Assembly: GCF_009914755.1 (NCBI RefSeq)
Contig: NC_060937.1
Length of the DNA stretch: 64,000 bases
Reading direction: 5' to 3' (one strand)
DNA from: the human T2T-CHM13v2.0 reference genome, Homo sapiens
Positions 28,399 to 41,860 of this stretch are shown here, one piece after another (position 1 is the first letter of the stretch; each line of letters opens with the position of its first letter). A program made the position numbers and the translations under genes. Below the pieces are notes generated by a model. It did no database searches, was not told the origin of the DNA, and saw nothing but the letters and a program-made list of their open reading frames with translations.

Positions 28399-28659
28399 CA
28401 GTCGTCAGGTGGTGCCTGCACATGGGGGATGCCCAGTTTCATGGAACAGAACGGAAAGGAACTGTGACAGGCAGAGTGTCTCTGCAGGAGCTGCGTGGTG
28501 ACCATGGGTGAGGACAGTGCACATCGTGTGAAGGATGGGAGCTGCAACTGGGCGAGGAGAGAGACAGCTTAGAGAATTGTAGTAACCATCCTCAGAGGCT
28601 TTAGGTCTCTGACATAGAAACAAGGTGAGTTTGTACAGCTCCAGCATGCTGAGCTAGGA

Positions 28660-28870
28660 TCACTAGGTACAGATTTGGATGCAGTTCTGGCCTGGTTTCA
28701 AAGAGAACTTTCTAGCCCAGTTGTCTAGCAGTGGTGGGTCAGCAGGTCTCCCCTAGCAGACGCTGGAGGGCAGAGGGTTCCTCGCAGCTGTGTTGTGTGT
28801 TGTGCAGGGAGGTGCTGCCTGGGTGGAAGGTTACACTCCGGGGCGTGGACTCCCATCTCTGAAATTCTGA
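28660..28870 (+). mobile_element. Possible L3/CR1 3' fragment
   Basis: agagaactttctag...gttgtctagcagtgg...gtctcccctagcagacgctggagggcagagg...ctctgaaattctga. Confidence 0.35.
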
Positions 28871-29257
28871 CCTCCTGTGAAATGTGGGAGACCTTTGCTC
28901 CATACCCTGAGGTGCTCCCTGCCTTGAAGGTGGCCCCGGGATCTCTCTGGTGGCTCAGCTAGACCTTCTCCCCCAAACAGGAGGGGCCCCTGCAGCCACA
29001 GCCATAGTTCAAGGTCTGGAGCCCAGAGCGCATGCCTCCTGGATGGGTGGCTCTTTCTGGAGCCCCCTTGTATGGAATAATGAAGAAAAAGGTAGGATCC
29101 TGAGGTGACCACATCACTTTATACTCCCAAATGTCTTTATGTTTTCAGCCTTGAGCTGAAAGTAAAAGTAAGCCTTTTACTTTTTTTGTGGCGATTTCTA
29201 TTCATATGCACTGTCAAAAATTATTATATCTTCCAATTCAGAGATATTTTAGCATTA

Positions 29258-29580
<323 letters not shown>

Positions 29581-31479
29581 TTTAAGAAATGCTTTGGATA
29601 TTTATACGTCTTTATTCCTATGAGCACAGTGATCTTTAAAGATACTCACAAACAGGAGTCAATCTAAATGGGCTTTTTGTTTGTCTGTTTTTTCAGTCAT
29701 CGCTATCATTTCCAAGTGAGGGGTGAAAGGAACCATTGCTCCCTTCTCTGCAGGTTTGAAGGAGAAAATGCAGCGTCGGTTCTGAGGCAGCCGCGTGCAG
29801 GGGCGGCTCAGGCCTGTGCCCAGAGTCAGGCTGAGTGGGCTGGGGGCAGGTATGCTGCCTAAACAAAGACACTGGAGTTTGTGGAATTGTTTTTTTATTG
29901 GAATCAAGAACAAAGTACCAATAATAATTGCATAGTTAATTTTGCTTCAAATTCTTTTTTTCTTAATAGAGCCCATGACACAAAGAGAAGTCTCAAAATG
30001 CTTCCCGTTCTGTTTTGCTTTGTTGCAGCAGTATTTGCCAAAGATCCAGGCTACACATTGTTTTATTTCAGCGAAACAATCAGGAATGAAATGGTTGCGG
30101 AGGCTCCTTCTCTGGGCACGGTTTTTCAGAGATGGAAACCCAGGCCCAGAGAACTGAAGGAATTTTCCCTCCACCCAGGCAAGAGTTTGGCAAATTGTCA
30201 GACTTCCAGAGGAAACAGTTTCTTCTAAAGGTGGATGCGAGTAAGTACAGGTAAATGACTGAGGAACGAATGTAAAAATGAATACATTTTAAAAGCAACT
30301 CATGGTGGTTAATAACAAGAACATTTCATTTTAAGATAATGAGTGATCTGACATCCAAGGATGACCACTGCTGTCCTCCCACAGCCTGAATAGCGTGGGC
30401 AGCTGCACCACGGGTGTGCATGGCTGCATATGTGCCCAGTGACTACATACAACCTACAGACGTAAATGCACAGAGTCCTGTTTGCCAAACTCACCGTAAT
30501 TTATGTAATTATACACATAATGTATTTTACCCAATACACAAAGAAGATTTTCATAATGCCACTTAGGGTCTAGATTTAACTTAAACCACTACTTAGTCTA
30601 TCTCTCTTAATAGGATACTAAAAGGAAATTTTATGACAACATTATCAGTAGCATTTTGCTGATAATTAGAATAACAATAATAATACTGAGATATTTTTTC
30701 AGTAATAATGGTGTTATTAATGAGATTTTTATGAAAGACAGACTTCTTCGGTATAATTATGAAAATTGATCTTTTGCATTTTACTTATTCACTGAAATCA
30801 GATAAGTGGCTTAACTACATGTATTATTTCTAATAAATATTCAAAAGAATGCATTTAAACAAGGCTCCTTATTCTATTCTTGCTCATATTCCTTGCATTT
30901 AAATAAAAGTGTAATTGCTCTGCTTTTTAAACTGTTAGTTTGGATTAGCTGTCTAACCTGTACAGTGTAGCTGTTTGCTGTTTGCATTTTTAATAGCTTT
31001 ATTACCATTTGGTGAAGCCTTAATTTCTGACTCCCTTGAAGAGTCCTGCCTTTAAGTCAGCACTACAATTTAACCAGCAATAATCTGTCAAGATGAGATA
31101 AAGACCCACACCAGATGAAATGCAGTATTTTTGTGTAGCATTCTGTCATTGTTAAAGGCAAGATCCTAGTATGTCAAAATGTAACCTCTGAAAGTTTTCT
31201 AAACTTTGCAGCATAATTTTACAGTTCATGTTTTTAATCCATGGCTCCAGCACACATTATCTTGTTCACTGGGGAAAGCAATTAAAATATACATCTAGTT
31301 ATCTGTGAAAATATATATTTAAGGGCATTAGCAGGAATATGCACTTATGCGTGCGTTAATGAGCGTGTGCATGGGTAAACACTGCAAAGAGGAGCAGAAG
31401 ATCTCTAGTGTCTCAGCAAAAGTGATGATTTTATGCTCTAAGAATCTGAGACTATACATACATATATACCTTTTATTTT

Positions 31480-32685
31480 TTAAAATTATGTAAAACATAT
31501 AAAAATGGGGAGAATAGTACAATGAATCCCTGCATACCCTGTGCAATTCACAGAGGTCCTGTTCAATCCAAACCTCCCACTCCCCTCCCCCAACAAATCC
31601 CAAATGTTGCATATTTTCATGTGTAAATATTTAGGCACAGATCTTTAAAAAATATGGAATTTTTTTAAAAGCCACGATTATATACACTGTCACACCTTAA
31701 AAAATTAACAATAATTCCTTAACATCATAAAATATCTAGTCAGTTTTTAAATTTCCCAAGCATCTCATTTAATATCATATATCTATGTCATACCTAAATG
31801 TATTGTTTGCTTTTTAATTTGTTTGAGCCAAGATGAAAATGAGAGTCCTACAATGGTGACTGGTTGAAAGGTTTTGTGAGCCTTTTCAATCCATAGGTCT
31901 CACTGCTGTTTCTTCTTTCTTTCCTTTTTTCTTACAATTTCAGTGTTGAAGGAAACAGTCATAGATATAATGGGCTTCCATGTGCGGGATTTTCCCGGTT
32001 GCATTCCAGTGGTTTAATCTAACACGCTCCTCCAAATTTCCCATAAACTGAAATAAGATCTGGGGATTTGAAGAGATTGGGTTTCACGGTGGGGAGAGGT
32101 GAGCTCCTTCCTGGGTGGCTGTGTCTGCCGGGAGGCACGTGGGGTCTGCTTATGCCTCTCACTTTGCACTGCCAGTGGCCATCACAGCTCCGTGTCCAGA
32201 CACATTGATACACTCAGGACAGCACCATGGGCATGTTCTAATTCTATCACTTCTCCACTTATTAGCTGGAACACTTTCATTAACAGAGCATTTGCCTCAT
32301 ATTATATCTGGTTACCCAGTTGTGTAGTTTATATGGGAAAGATGACATAAATATTTAATACCTTTCCTTTATGAGTTTTCAAAATAATGAATTATTCATT
32401 AGCATTCTCCAATGGTACCAATTAATTTTTTTTTTTTTAGTTTCATGAAGAACTTATGGATTTGAGCATATGTGTTGGGTCTCAATCCATTGCAGTTGTT
32501 ACACTTTGATGATCAAGCGTCCCATCTTTGGCCATTGGAAGCTTCCTTCCACTGGCTCTGTCACCATGTGCGGGGACAGAACATCCCAGGCTCACCTTGT
32601 ATTACTCCAGGCTGGGATCAGCTGTTTCCCCAGAGAGCTTTGCTTCCTCTTAGTGAGAAATGAGACCACAGTCTTGGCCCTGAGA
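31480..32685 (-). mobile_element. L1MC-type 3' UTR fragment
   Basis: gaatagtacaatgaatccctgcatacc; aaaattaacaataattccttaacatcataaaatatctagtcag; cccatctttggccattggaagc...cccaggctcaccttgta. Confidence 0.7.
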
Positions 32686-32722
32686 TTTACATACATACAT
32701 ACATATATGCACATCCATCCAT

Positions 32723-32771
<49 letters not shown>
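32723..32771. repeat. (CA)n microsatellite, ~24 units
   Basis: Pure run. Confidence 0.97.
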
Positions 32772-32774
<3 letters not shown>

Positions 32775-33433
32775 ATATAGTTACCTTGCTATCTATCTTT
32801 GGCCTTTCCTCAATATCTATCATGTTAATATTAAAAGCTACCACAAAGCAGCATCCATAAATTGTCCCTTAATGTTTATTCTAGCATCTGAGTGATTTCT
32901 TCATAATCCGTGAAACAGACGCTATGGTGAACGGGATTGGGTTGTTAGAAGACGAAACTGTGGAATCTGATGCTATCACAGGCTTGTCTACTCTGAAGGC
33001 GTAGTCAGCTTCGGTGACATGAGGCCTCCCAGTGCCTTTTCAAAGGGTTAATGGTACCTGACTTCAGGGCTCCACTTGCCTTTCTTCTCTAAGTGTGTGG
33101 GATTCTGTTATACCTCAACCAATTGGTCTAGGGGACAAAGATTTTCATGCCAGGTGAACAGAGTCCCCAGAAAGGAAAGTACAACAGGGTGGCCAAGCCC
33201 TGTCCAGGAAGGGAATATTTCAGGCTTTCATCTGCCACTTCTGGGACGAGGACCAGTGGGTGGAAAGAAGAGAAAGCAAACTGTGGAGCCACCCACGCCA
33301 CGCCCGCTGTCCTGTGGCTCCCAGCCCTGTGCCCCAGCACACTCTGATCTCATGGCTCAGGCACAGAAAGTCCTCTGATAACCTTGGTGCTGTTTGAGGC
33401 AAAGCATCTTCTTCATGCATTCAATGCTCTCTA

Positions 33434-33893
33434 AGCCACGGTCCTCACCCAGCCTCCCAGCCACAGTCCACACCCAACCTCCCAGCCTCCCAGCCACAGT
33501 CCACACCCAACCTCCCAGCCTCCCAGCCACAGTCCACACGCAGCCTCACAGCCACAGTCCCCACCCAACCTCCCAGCCACGGCTCCCCTGGGCCTCCTAG
33601 CCATGGTCCCCACCCAGCCACCCAGCCTCCAAGCCACAGTCCCCACCCAGCCTCACAGCCACCCAGCCTCCAAGCCACAGTCCCCACCCAGCCTCCAAGC
33701 CATAGTCCCCATCCAGCCTCGCAGCCTCCAAGCCATGGTCCCCACCCAGCTTCCTAGCCTCCAAGCCACAGTCTCCACTCAGACTCACAGCCTCCAAGCC
33801 ATGTTCCCACCCAGTCTCGCAGCCTCCAAGCCATGTTCCCACCCAGTCTCGCAGCCTCCAAGCCACAGTCCCCACCCAGGCTCCCAGCCTCCC
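33434..33893. repeat. C-rich compound minisatellite (CCCAGCCTCC(C/A)AGCCACAGTCCCCA-like, ~24-35 bp units)
   Basis: Repeated cagcctccaagccacagtccccacc motifs. Confidence 0.92.
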
Positions 33894-36204
33894 TCTCACA
33901 GATGTTCTTTGTCTACTTCATTCTCCATGCAGGGGACCCCCAAGCCCCTGCCAGACAGCCCAGCTGTTCACGCTCCTACCTCTGAGCAGAACATACTTCC
34001 CAGGTTTCCCGGTCTACACCCACCCATGTCCTTTCCAAGCCCTTCCCTGAAAATCAGAAGTGGACCATGCCTTCCGTCCAGTCCTCATGGCCCAGGTCGA
34101 CGGTGATAGACTCCACTTTTCACCGTGGGAATTGGCTGGTGCCTGATTTCTGCTGCTGGGTCATAAACGCTTCCCCTTGGGGGTCACTGTTTCATCCTCC
34201 ACCATCATGGCCCTGCGCAGGCCGTCGAAATGCACGGTTGAAGGAATGGGTTGAGATTCCGGAAAGGGGAGTCCCGGGGCTTCTCCTTAGCCCTGGGGAG
34301 GACAGAGCTGTGCCCAGTGCTGACAGAGGCCCTCGTGGGGCTTTTCTCTGGCCTTTTTGGGGTGACAAAGAGACTTGCATTTTAACTCAGTATAATCAAG
34401 AGCATCACCCTGGGCAGGAGCAGTAGCCATTCTGAGTCTCTGAACATATCCATATGTAACAGTAAAAACCCAGCCAACAAACCCCAGACTTGCCATTCAA
34501 ATCAAGCCAGGTAAGGAGACAGGGATGCTCGGCGAGCTGTGGCATTACCACTGGGCAGCTGTGGCGACGGTGTCATGATGACACATTTAGGGTGTGTCCT
34601 GCGCCCCTCATGGGGGGATCAGGAGGAACCACTTTACTCCTCCTAGAGAGGAGGTTGTTCAGGTGCAGGGTTGGGGCAGGACACAGAGCAGGGGCTCCTG
34701 CCATCATGGTGGCCATCATTCATCCCAACAGGGTCATTACGGGCACCAGCTCGTGGGGAAGTGGGCCTGCTGGCCTCAGGGCTGGTACATGGGGACCCCT
34801 CCTCACTCATCTGCACCCACAGGGGAGGAGGGGAGCACTAGCTGGGGTACTGGCTGACCCCGCAGAAGCAGGTGTTTCCAGGGGGCCTAGAGGTGACCCA
34901 GACTGCTGGGAGAGAGGGAGGGAGAGCTGCTGGCAGAGGAGGAAACCCCCCTCCAGGTCCAGGGCATCTGGCTCTCTCCGGTAGCCCCTGAGGGAGGCAC
35001 ACACCTTGCGGGGTCAGCTGATGGGGAACTGGAAGTGGATGAAGAAAATACAAACATGGAGATGAGGACGATTGGGTCGGAGCCACAGAGACGCCGGCAT
35101 AACCTGCCCTAAGTGGCCCTGGCTCGTGGCCTCACTTAGTGAGGAATGAGGGCAAGTTATGCCCCTCGAGGGCAAAAGGCCTGCACTGCACCCCTGAGCC
35201 GGAGCAGGCCAGGCCCCACTTAGGTTCATTGCCACATCCCTGCCTATGGTCCATTCAACGAGCCGGCTGGGACACAGAGAGTGGTGGGTTTCCCTGTGCT
35301 CAGAGAGTCCTTCAACATCCCGGTGGCAGGCGGGGAAGCAGGTCCCACAGTCAGCCCTAGCCGGCAGGGATGGCGGGCAGGAGTCCTGAGTGTCCCCCAC
35401 ACCCAAGCATCACCAGGGTCTGTGAGTACATGGGGCCTCCCTAAGGCGCTCTCACCAAAACTGTCTCATTCAAAGCTCAGGACACTGCAGGGAGGTGGCT
35501 GTGGCCCTGGGGATGGGATGTGAGGAGGTGAGGACTGTGGTTCCACTTTGCTGATGGGAAAACGAGACACAGAGCATCAGAACACTGGCCACAGTGCAAA
35601 TCCACAGCCTCCACTCACATAGTGCAAGTCCCCAGCCGCCCCTGCCCCCCATGCGGGCCTACAGCCGAGGGAAAAGGCTAGGAAAGTGGCTGCCGCAACC
35701 CCAGGCTGTCCCAGCCCTCCTCGTCAGGCTGCCTTGGGTTCTGGGCTGCCTCAGCCATCAGCTTCACATTATTGGGTAACCAATAATCACCCGGATGTGG
35801 GCTCCACAGGACTCAGCAGACAGTGAGTCTCGGACCTGCACATTATCTCTACCGTCCTGGGAGATTTAGGCTAAATTTTGGTATATTCAGTGGGCTTTGC
35901 TCTCCTTCATGTCTGCTTCAGCCAGCTGGCACGCATCTGGGTTTTAATTAATCAGTAGCCTCTGAAATGATAAAATACGACCTTCATAGAAGTAACCTGC
36001 AGAAACAGAGATCAGAACATTGCCTGGAGTCAGTTCTTACAAAGCAAAGGTGGTTGCAAGATGAGGCATTTGTGAATCATTCCTGTCTGCTCTTCCGGAA
36101 TCCTATGCTGCTTAAGAAAACACATGGCATTTACAAATCAGTCTCTCAAGAATCAGTCTTCAAGGCCCAGCACCCCTGCTCCTGAGGAGGCCAAACACCT
36201 CCAG

Positions 36205-36395
36205 AGCTAGGAACATGGGCTCCAGGACCAAGTTCTGCTGCTTCTGCTGGTTACAGGAATGGGCAAATTGCTTGACCCCCTGCCTGGATCTGGACCAGGT
36301 GCCAACGCTCACGCCTGCAAAAGGATTGAGATGCTACATATTAAACAGCAGGAACCACATCTGACATACGGCAAGTGCTCACTAAATGTCAGCTC
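36205..36395 (+). mobile_element. MIR fragment
   Basis: aatgggcaaattgcttgacc...ggattgagatgctacatattaaacagc...ggcaagtgctcactaaatgtcagct. Confidence 0.5.
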
Positions 36396-38378
36396 ACATC
36401 TCAAGGTGTGGCTGCAGCATTTCAACAAGTGTGTCCTGAGCATCAAAACAGGTAGCCCAGCAAAAGACCAGATGACTTTCCAACACAACCAGTGGTTTCG
36501 CTCAAGAGCAAAGGAGGCTTCTGTCTCTTCCCGCAAAGGCAGAGTCAACGTGGTAGTTCCGGAAGATGGACGCACATGAGTATGTGAGCCTGGTGTGATT
36601 CATGCCAGGGGATTGTGGGTCCACTGTGTGCCCATTTAGGACCCAGGAAACCTGCCAAAGATGTGGGGAAGGAAAGACTTGTGCACCATTGAATTACTAG
36701 TTTTTGAATCACATGGTGGAAAAAAAGAAAAAAACAAAAACATTAGCAAGTTTTTCAAGCAATAACAACGGTGCAAGTGCCGGGGTCTGAGCAGGCCTGG
36801 AGGTTACAGGGATTTCTCGGGGACCTCCCTCCCAGCATAATGACAGCAGGTTCAGAGGAACCAGATCTGCACTGTTGTAAAACCTGACACAATAAACTTG
36901 ACAGACAGCCAGATTTCTGTTTTCAGCCAGTTTAGGGTTACTCTAATCTCATTATAATGCTTGAAAGATGACAAGTAATAGAATCTCAGGTAACCGCTCT
37001 GGCGCTACTCGGCCACATCCTCCTTGGTGCTGACTTCCTTGATTACCTGGCCACTGAGGCTCAGTTTTCAACCCCTTCTCCTGCAGAAATAATCATCTGA
37101 TCAGCTGACAAGGTTCTCCCTGGAGCCCACAGTTTTAATGGGTCAAGCATCGCATTAACCCTTTCGCCCCGTCCCCCGAGCATACCACACTTATTAAAAA
37201 GAAATTTACTTTTCAATCATTGTTAGCGTGGTGATGGAGCAGGAGCTGCTGAGCAGGCCGCCCCGGCTCTCTTCCTCAGCGTCTAGGCTTTTAGAATTGT
37301 TCTATGTCCTTTCAGCCAACACAAAGGCAGGCGTTCAAAGCCAGGCCTCTTAAAAGTGTTCTTTCGGTTGCTTTCATAACCTGGAAGACGATGGCACCAA
37401 ATACTTGTGGGTATTTTATATTCTGTTCAAAGACAATAGAGTGAAGTTTGACAAAAGCTAGATGAATTATGAATTGCACGTTATGGAAAAACCCGTCTAT
37501 TAGAAATGTGACTCATTTCCAATGAAACGAGTGCCTTTTCCAGGGAAAAAGATTTCCTGGGAAGCGTGGCTTTCACAGCTTTCCTTGCAGCGCCGTCACA
37601 GTTGGTGCTGCCTGAAAGGTCTGACGTTGAAACCAAAGCCAGGGCTGTGGACAGCCAGACCCCCGGGATGCTTCCCACAGGAGCGCCACCTTGATTTGAA
37701 TGGGAGGTGAGCTGAGTGCTGGAGCTGTTGTCTGTGCTCACCACCGTCCACTTGTCTCTGAGAACACAGAGGGCTTTGGCTGGGCTCAAGGATGCTGCGC
37801 ATGAGCTTGGACTTGATTCGAGATCACTTTTACTTTACCCCAAGGCTACAAGTAAGCCCTGCAGAGGATAAACGTGAGACAAGCATGCCCGTGGGCAGAG
37901 TAGCTCTGCGTGGCTCCTCTATGTCTTCCCGTGATGCACACCACGTCTGGGGCCTGGCAGCTGAGGTGCAGTGAGATGCCCTCCCTCTAACTCTGAGGAT
38001 CCCAGAATGGGGGCTCAATGCCTTTTGTACACGTGGCCAGGACACCTTATGCTATTGGATGAGTTTAGAACGCTGCCACTCAGTGAGTCATGCCACCTGG
38101 ACTTAGACAAATTTCAAGGCTTCCAAATTCCTGCTGTGCCCACAACAGGTAGGGTCCCTTTCCCTGCACCTGCACTAAGGGTCCAGGAGTTCTTGGTTTG
38201 CACCCACGCTGGGATGTCCTGGGGCAGCCCCAGACGATCCTGTCTGAGCATAAAGACCCAATCATCCTGATGTCCCTAGTTCAGCATCAAAGATCCACGG
38301 CACGCCAACAGGGTGAGCTATAAGCAATTGTGAGCAGATGGGTACAAAACAATCCTATTTGAGAATGGTCTACCACTG

Positions 38379-41300
38379 TGCTATGGACTGAAATATGGTT
38401 CCCAAAGTTCACCTGTGGAAGTCCTGACCCCGGTGTGATGGTCCCTCTGGAAGCCCTGACTCCAAGTGTGATGGTCCCTGTGGAAACCCTGACTCCCAGT
38501 GTGATGCTATCTATGGAAACCCTGACCCCCGTGTGATGGTATCTGTGGAAGCCCGGACCCCTGTGTGATGGTATCTGTGGAAACCCTGACCCCTGTGTGA
38601 TGGTATCTGTGGAAACCCTGACCCCTGTGTGATGGTATCCGTGGAAACCCGGACCCCTGTGTGATGGTACCTGTGGAAACCCTGACTCCCAGTGTGATGG
38701 TATCTGTGGAAGCCCTGACCCCCATGTGATGGTCCCTGTGGAAGCCCTGACTCCCAGTGTGATAGTATCTGTGGAAACCCTGACCCCTGTGTGATGGTAT
38801 TTATGGAAGCCCTGACCCCTGTATGATGATATTTGTGGAAGCCCTGACCCCCATGTGATGGTATCTGTGGAAGCCCTGACTCCCAGTGTGATGGTATCTG
38901 TGTAAACCCTGACCCCTGTGTGATGGGATCTGTGGAAACCCTGACCCCTGTGTGATGGTACCTGTGGAAACCCGGACCCCTGTGTGATGGTACCTGTGGA
39001 AACCCTGACTCCCAGTGTGATGGTATCTATGGAAACCCTGACCCCCATGTGATGGTATCTGTGGAAGCCCTGACTCCCAGTGTGATGGTATCTGTGTAAA
39101 CCCTGACCCCTGTGTGATGGGATCTGTGGAAACCCTGACCCCTGTGTGATGGTACCTGTGGAAACCCGGACCCCTGTGTGATGGTACCTGTGGAAACCCT
39201 GACTCCCAGTGTGATGGTATCTATGGAAACCCTGACCCCTGTGTGATGGTATGTGTGGAAGCCCTGACCCCTGTTTGATGGTATCTGTGGAAACCCTGAC
39301 CCCCATGTGATGGTACCTGTGGAAGCTCTGACCCCTGTGTGATGATATTTATGGAAGCCCTGACCCCTGTATGATGATATTTGTGGAAGCCCTGACCCCC
39401 ATGTGATGGTCCCTGTGGAAGCCCTGACTCCCAGTGTGATGGTATCTATGGAAACCCTGACCCCTGTGTGATGGTACCTGTGGAAGCCCTGACTCCCAGT
39501 GTGATGGTATCTATGGAAACCCTGACGCCTGTGTGATGGTACCTGTGGAAGCCCTGACTCCCAGTGTGATGGTATCTGTGGAAGCTCTGACCCCTGTGTG
39601 ATGGTATCTGTGGAAACCCTGAATCCCAGTGTGATGGTATCTATGGAAACCCTGACCCCTGCGTGATGGTACCTGTGGAAGCCCTGACTCCCAGTGTGAT
39701 GGTATCTATGGAAACCCTGACCCCTGTGTGATGGTACCTGTGGAAGCCCTGACTCCCAGTGTGATGGTATCTGTGGAAGCTCTGACCCCTGTGTGATGGT
39801 ATCTGTGGAAACCCTGACTCCCAGTGTGATGGTATCTGTGGAAGCCCTGACCCCTGTGTGATGATATTTATGGAAGCCCTGACCCCTGTATGATGATATT
39901 TGTGGAAGCCCTGACCCCCATGTGATGGTCCCTGTGGAAGCCCTGACCCCTGTGTGATGGTATCTGTGGAAACCCTGACCCCTGTGTGATGGTACCTGTG
40001 GAAGCCCTGACTCCCAGTGTGATGGTATCTGTGGAAGCTCTGACCCCTGTGTGATGATATTTATGGAAGCCCTGACCCCTGTATGATGATATTTGTGGAA
40101 GCCCTGACCCCCATGTGATGGTCCCTGTGGAAGCCCTGACTCCAAGTGTGATGGTATCTGTGGAAACCCTGACTCCCAGTGTGATGGTATCTATGGAAAC
40201 CCTGACCCCTGTGTGATGGTACCTGTGGAAGCCCTGACTCCCAGTGTGATGGTATCTATGGAAACCCTGACCCCTGTGTGATGGTATCTGTGGAAACTCT
40301 GACCCCTGTGTGATGGTACCTGTGGAAGCTCTGACCCCTGTATGATGATATTTATGGAAGCCCTGACCCGTGTATGATGATATTTGTGGAAGCCCTGACC
40401 CCCATGTGATGGTCCCTGTGGAAGCCCTGACCCCTGTGTGATGGTATCTGTGGAAACCCTGACCCCTGTGTGATGGTACCTGTGGAAGCTCTGACCCCAG
40501 TGTGATGATATTTATGGAAGCCCTGACCCCTGTATGATGATATTTGTGGAAGCCCTGACCCCCATGTGATGGTCCCTGTGGAAGCCCTGACTCCCAGTGT
40601 GATAGTACCTGTGGAAACCCTGACCCCTGTGTGATGGTACCTGTGGAAGCCCTGACTCCCAGTGTGATAGTACCTGTGGAAACCCTGACCCTTGTGTGAT
40701 GGTACCTGTGGAAGCCCTAACTCCCAGTGTGATGGTATCTGTGGAAGCTCTGACCCCTGTGTGATGATATTTATGGAAGCCCTGACCCCTGTATGATGAT
40801 ATTTGTGGAAGCCCTGACCCCCATGTGATGGTCCTTGTGGAAGCCCTGACTCCCAGTGTGATGGTATCTGTGGAAACCCTGAACCCTGTGTGATGGTACC
40901 TGTGGAAGCCCTGACTCCCAGTGTGATGGTATCTGTGGAAACCCTGACTCCTGTGTGATGGTATCTGTGGAAACCCTGACCCCTGTGTGATGGAACCTGT
41001 GGAAACCCTGACCCCTGTGTGATGGTATCTGTGGAAACCCTGACCCCTGTGTGATGGTATCTGTGGAAACCCTGACCCCTGTGTGATGGAACCTGTGGAA
41101 ACCCTGACCCCTGTGTGATGGTATCTGTGGAAACCCTGACCCCTGTGTGATGGTATCTGTGGAAACCCTGACCCCTGTGTGATGGTATCTGTGGAAGCCC
41201 TGACCCCGGTGTGATGGTATCTATGGAAGCCCTGGCCCCGGTGTGATGGTATCTGTGGTAGCCCTGACCCCCAGTGTGATGGTACCTGTGGTAGCCCTGA

Positions 41301-41860
41301 CCCCCAGTGTGATGGTACCTGTGGAAGCCCTGACTCCCAGTGTGATGGTACCCGTGCAATCCCTGACCCCCAGTGTGATGGTACCTGTGGAAGCCCTGAC
41401 CTTGGTGTGACAGTATCTTTGGAAGCCCTGACCCCCTGGTGTGATGGTATCTGTGGTAGCCCTGACACCCAGTGTGATGGTATCTGTGGAAGCCCTGGCC
41501 TCCGGTTTGATGATATCTCTGAAAGCCCTGACCCCCAGTGTGATGGTATCTGGAGATGGGGCCATTGGGAGATAATTAGATTTAGAAGAGGTCATAAGGT
41601 GGAATCCTCCTCCTGGGACCAGTGCCCTCTTAAGAAGACACAACAGCTCTCCCTCTCCCCCACCCCACCACCTTCCCCCTGTGAGGACACAATCAGAAAG
41701 CAGCTATCTACAAGCCAGGAAGGGAGTCCTCACCAGGAAGTGACCATGCTGGTGCCTGATCCCAGACTTCAGCCTCCAGAACGGTGAGAAATCAGTTCCT
41801 GTGGGTTGACCCACACAGTCTATGGTCCTTTGTCATGGCAGCCCCAAGATGACCAACACA
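38379..41860 (+). mobile_element. MLT1A-type solo LTR split by a 3.1-kb internal VNTR
   Basis: 5' tgctatggactgaaatatggttcccaaagttca; resumes after the array as ...gtgatggtatctggagatggggccattgggagataattag...gacttcagcctccagaacggtgagaaat...gaccaacaca; about 370 bp when the array is collapsed. Confidence 0.88.
38411..41553. repeat. VNTR, 32-33-bp unit (CTGTGGAA[A/G]CCCTGACCCCTGTGTGATGGTA[T/C]), ~97 copies
   Basis: Period measured directly (e.g. 41041 to 41073); several recurring variant units. Confidence 0.98.

Noticed and set aside
29159-29187. Hairpin followed by a T-run resembling an intrinsic terminator
   Set aside because: Eukaryotic DNA; AT-rich low-complexity stem.
38287-41643. Several 300+ aa repetitive ORFs; superficial CRISPR-like 32-bp periodicity
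   Set aside because: Head-to-tail tandem units with no unique spacers and no cas genes; the ORFs arise from stop-poor repeat frames.
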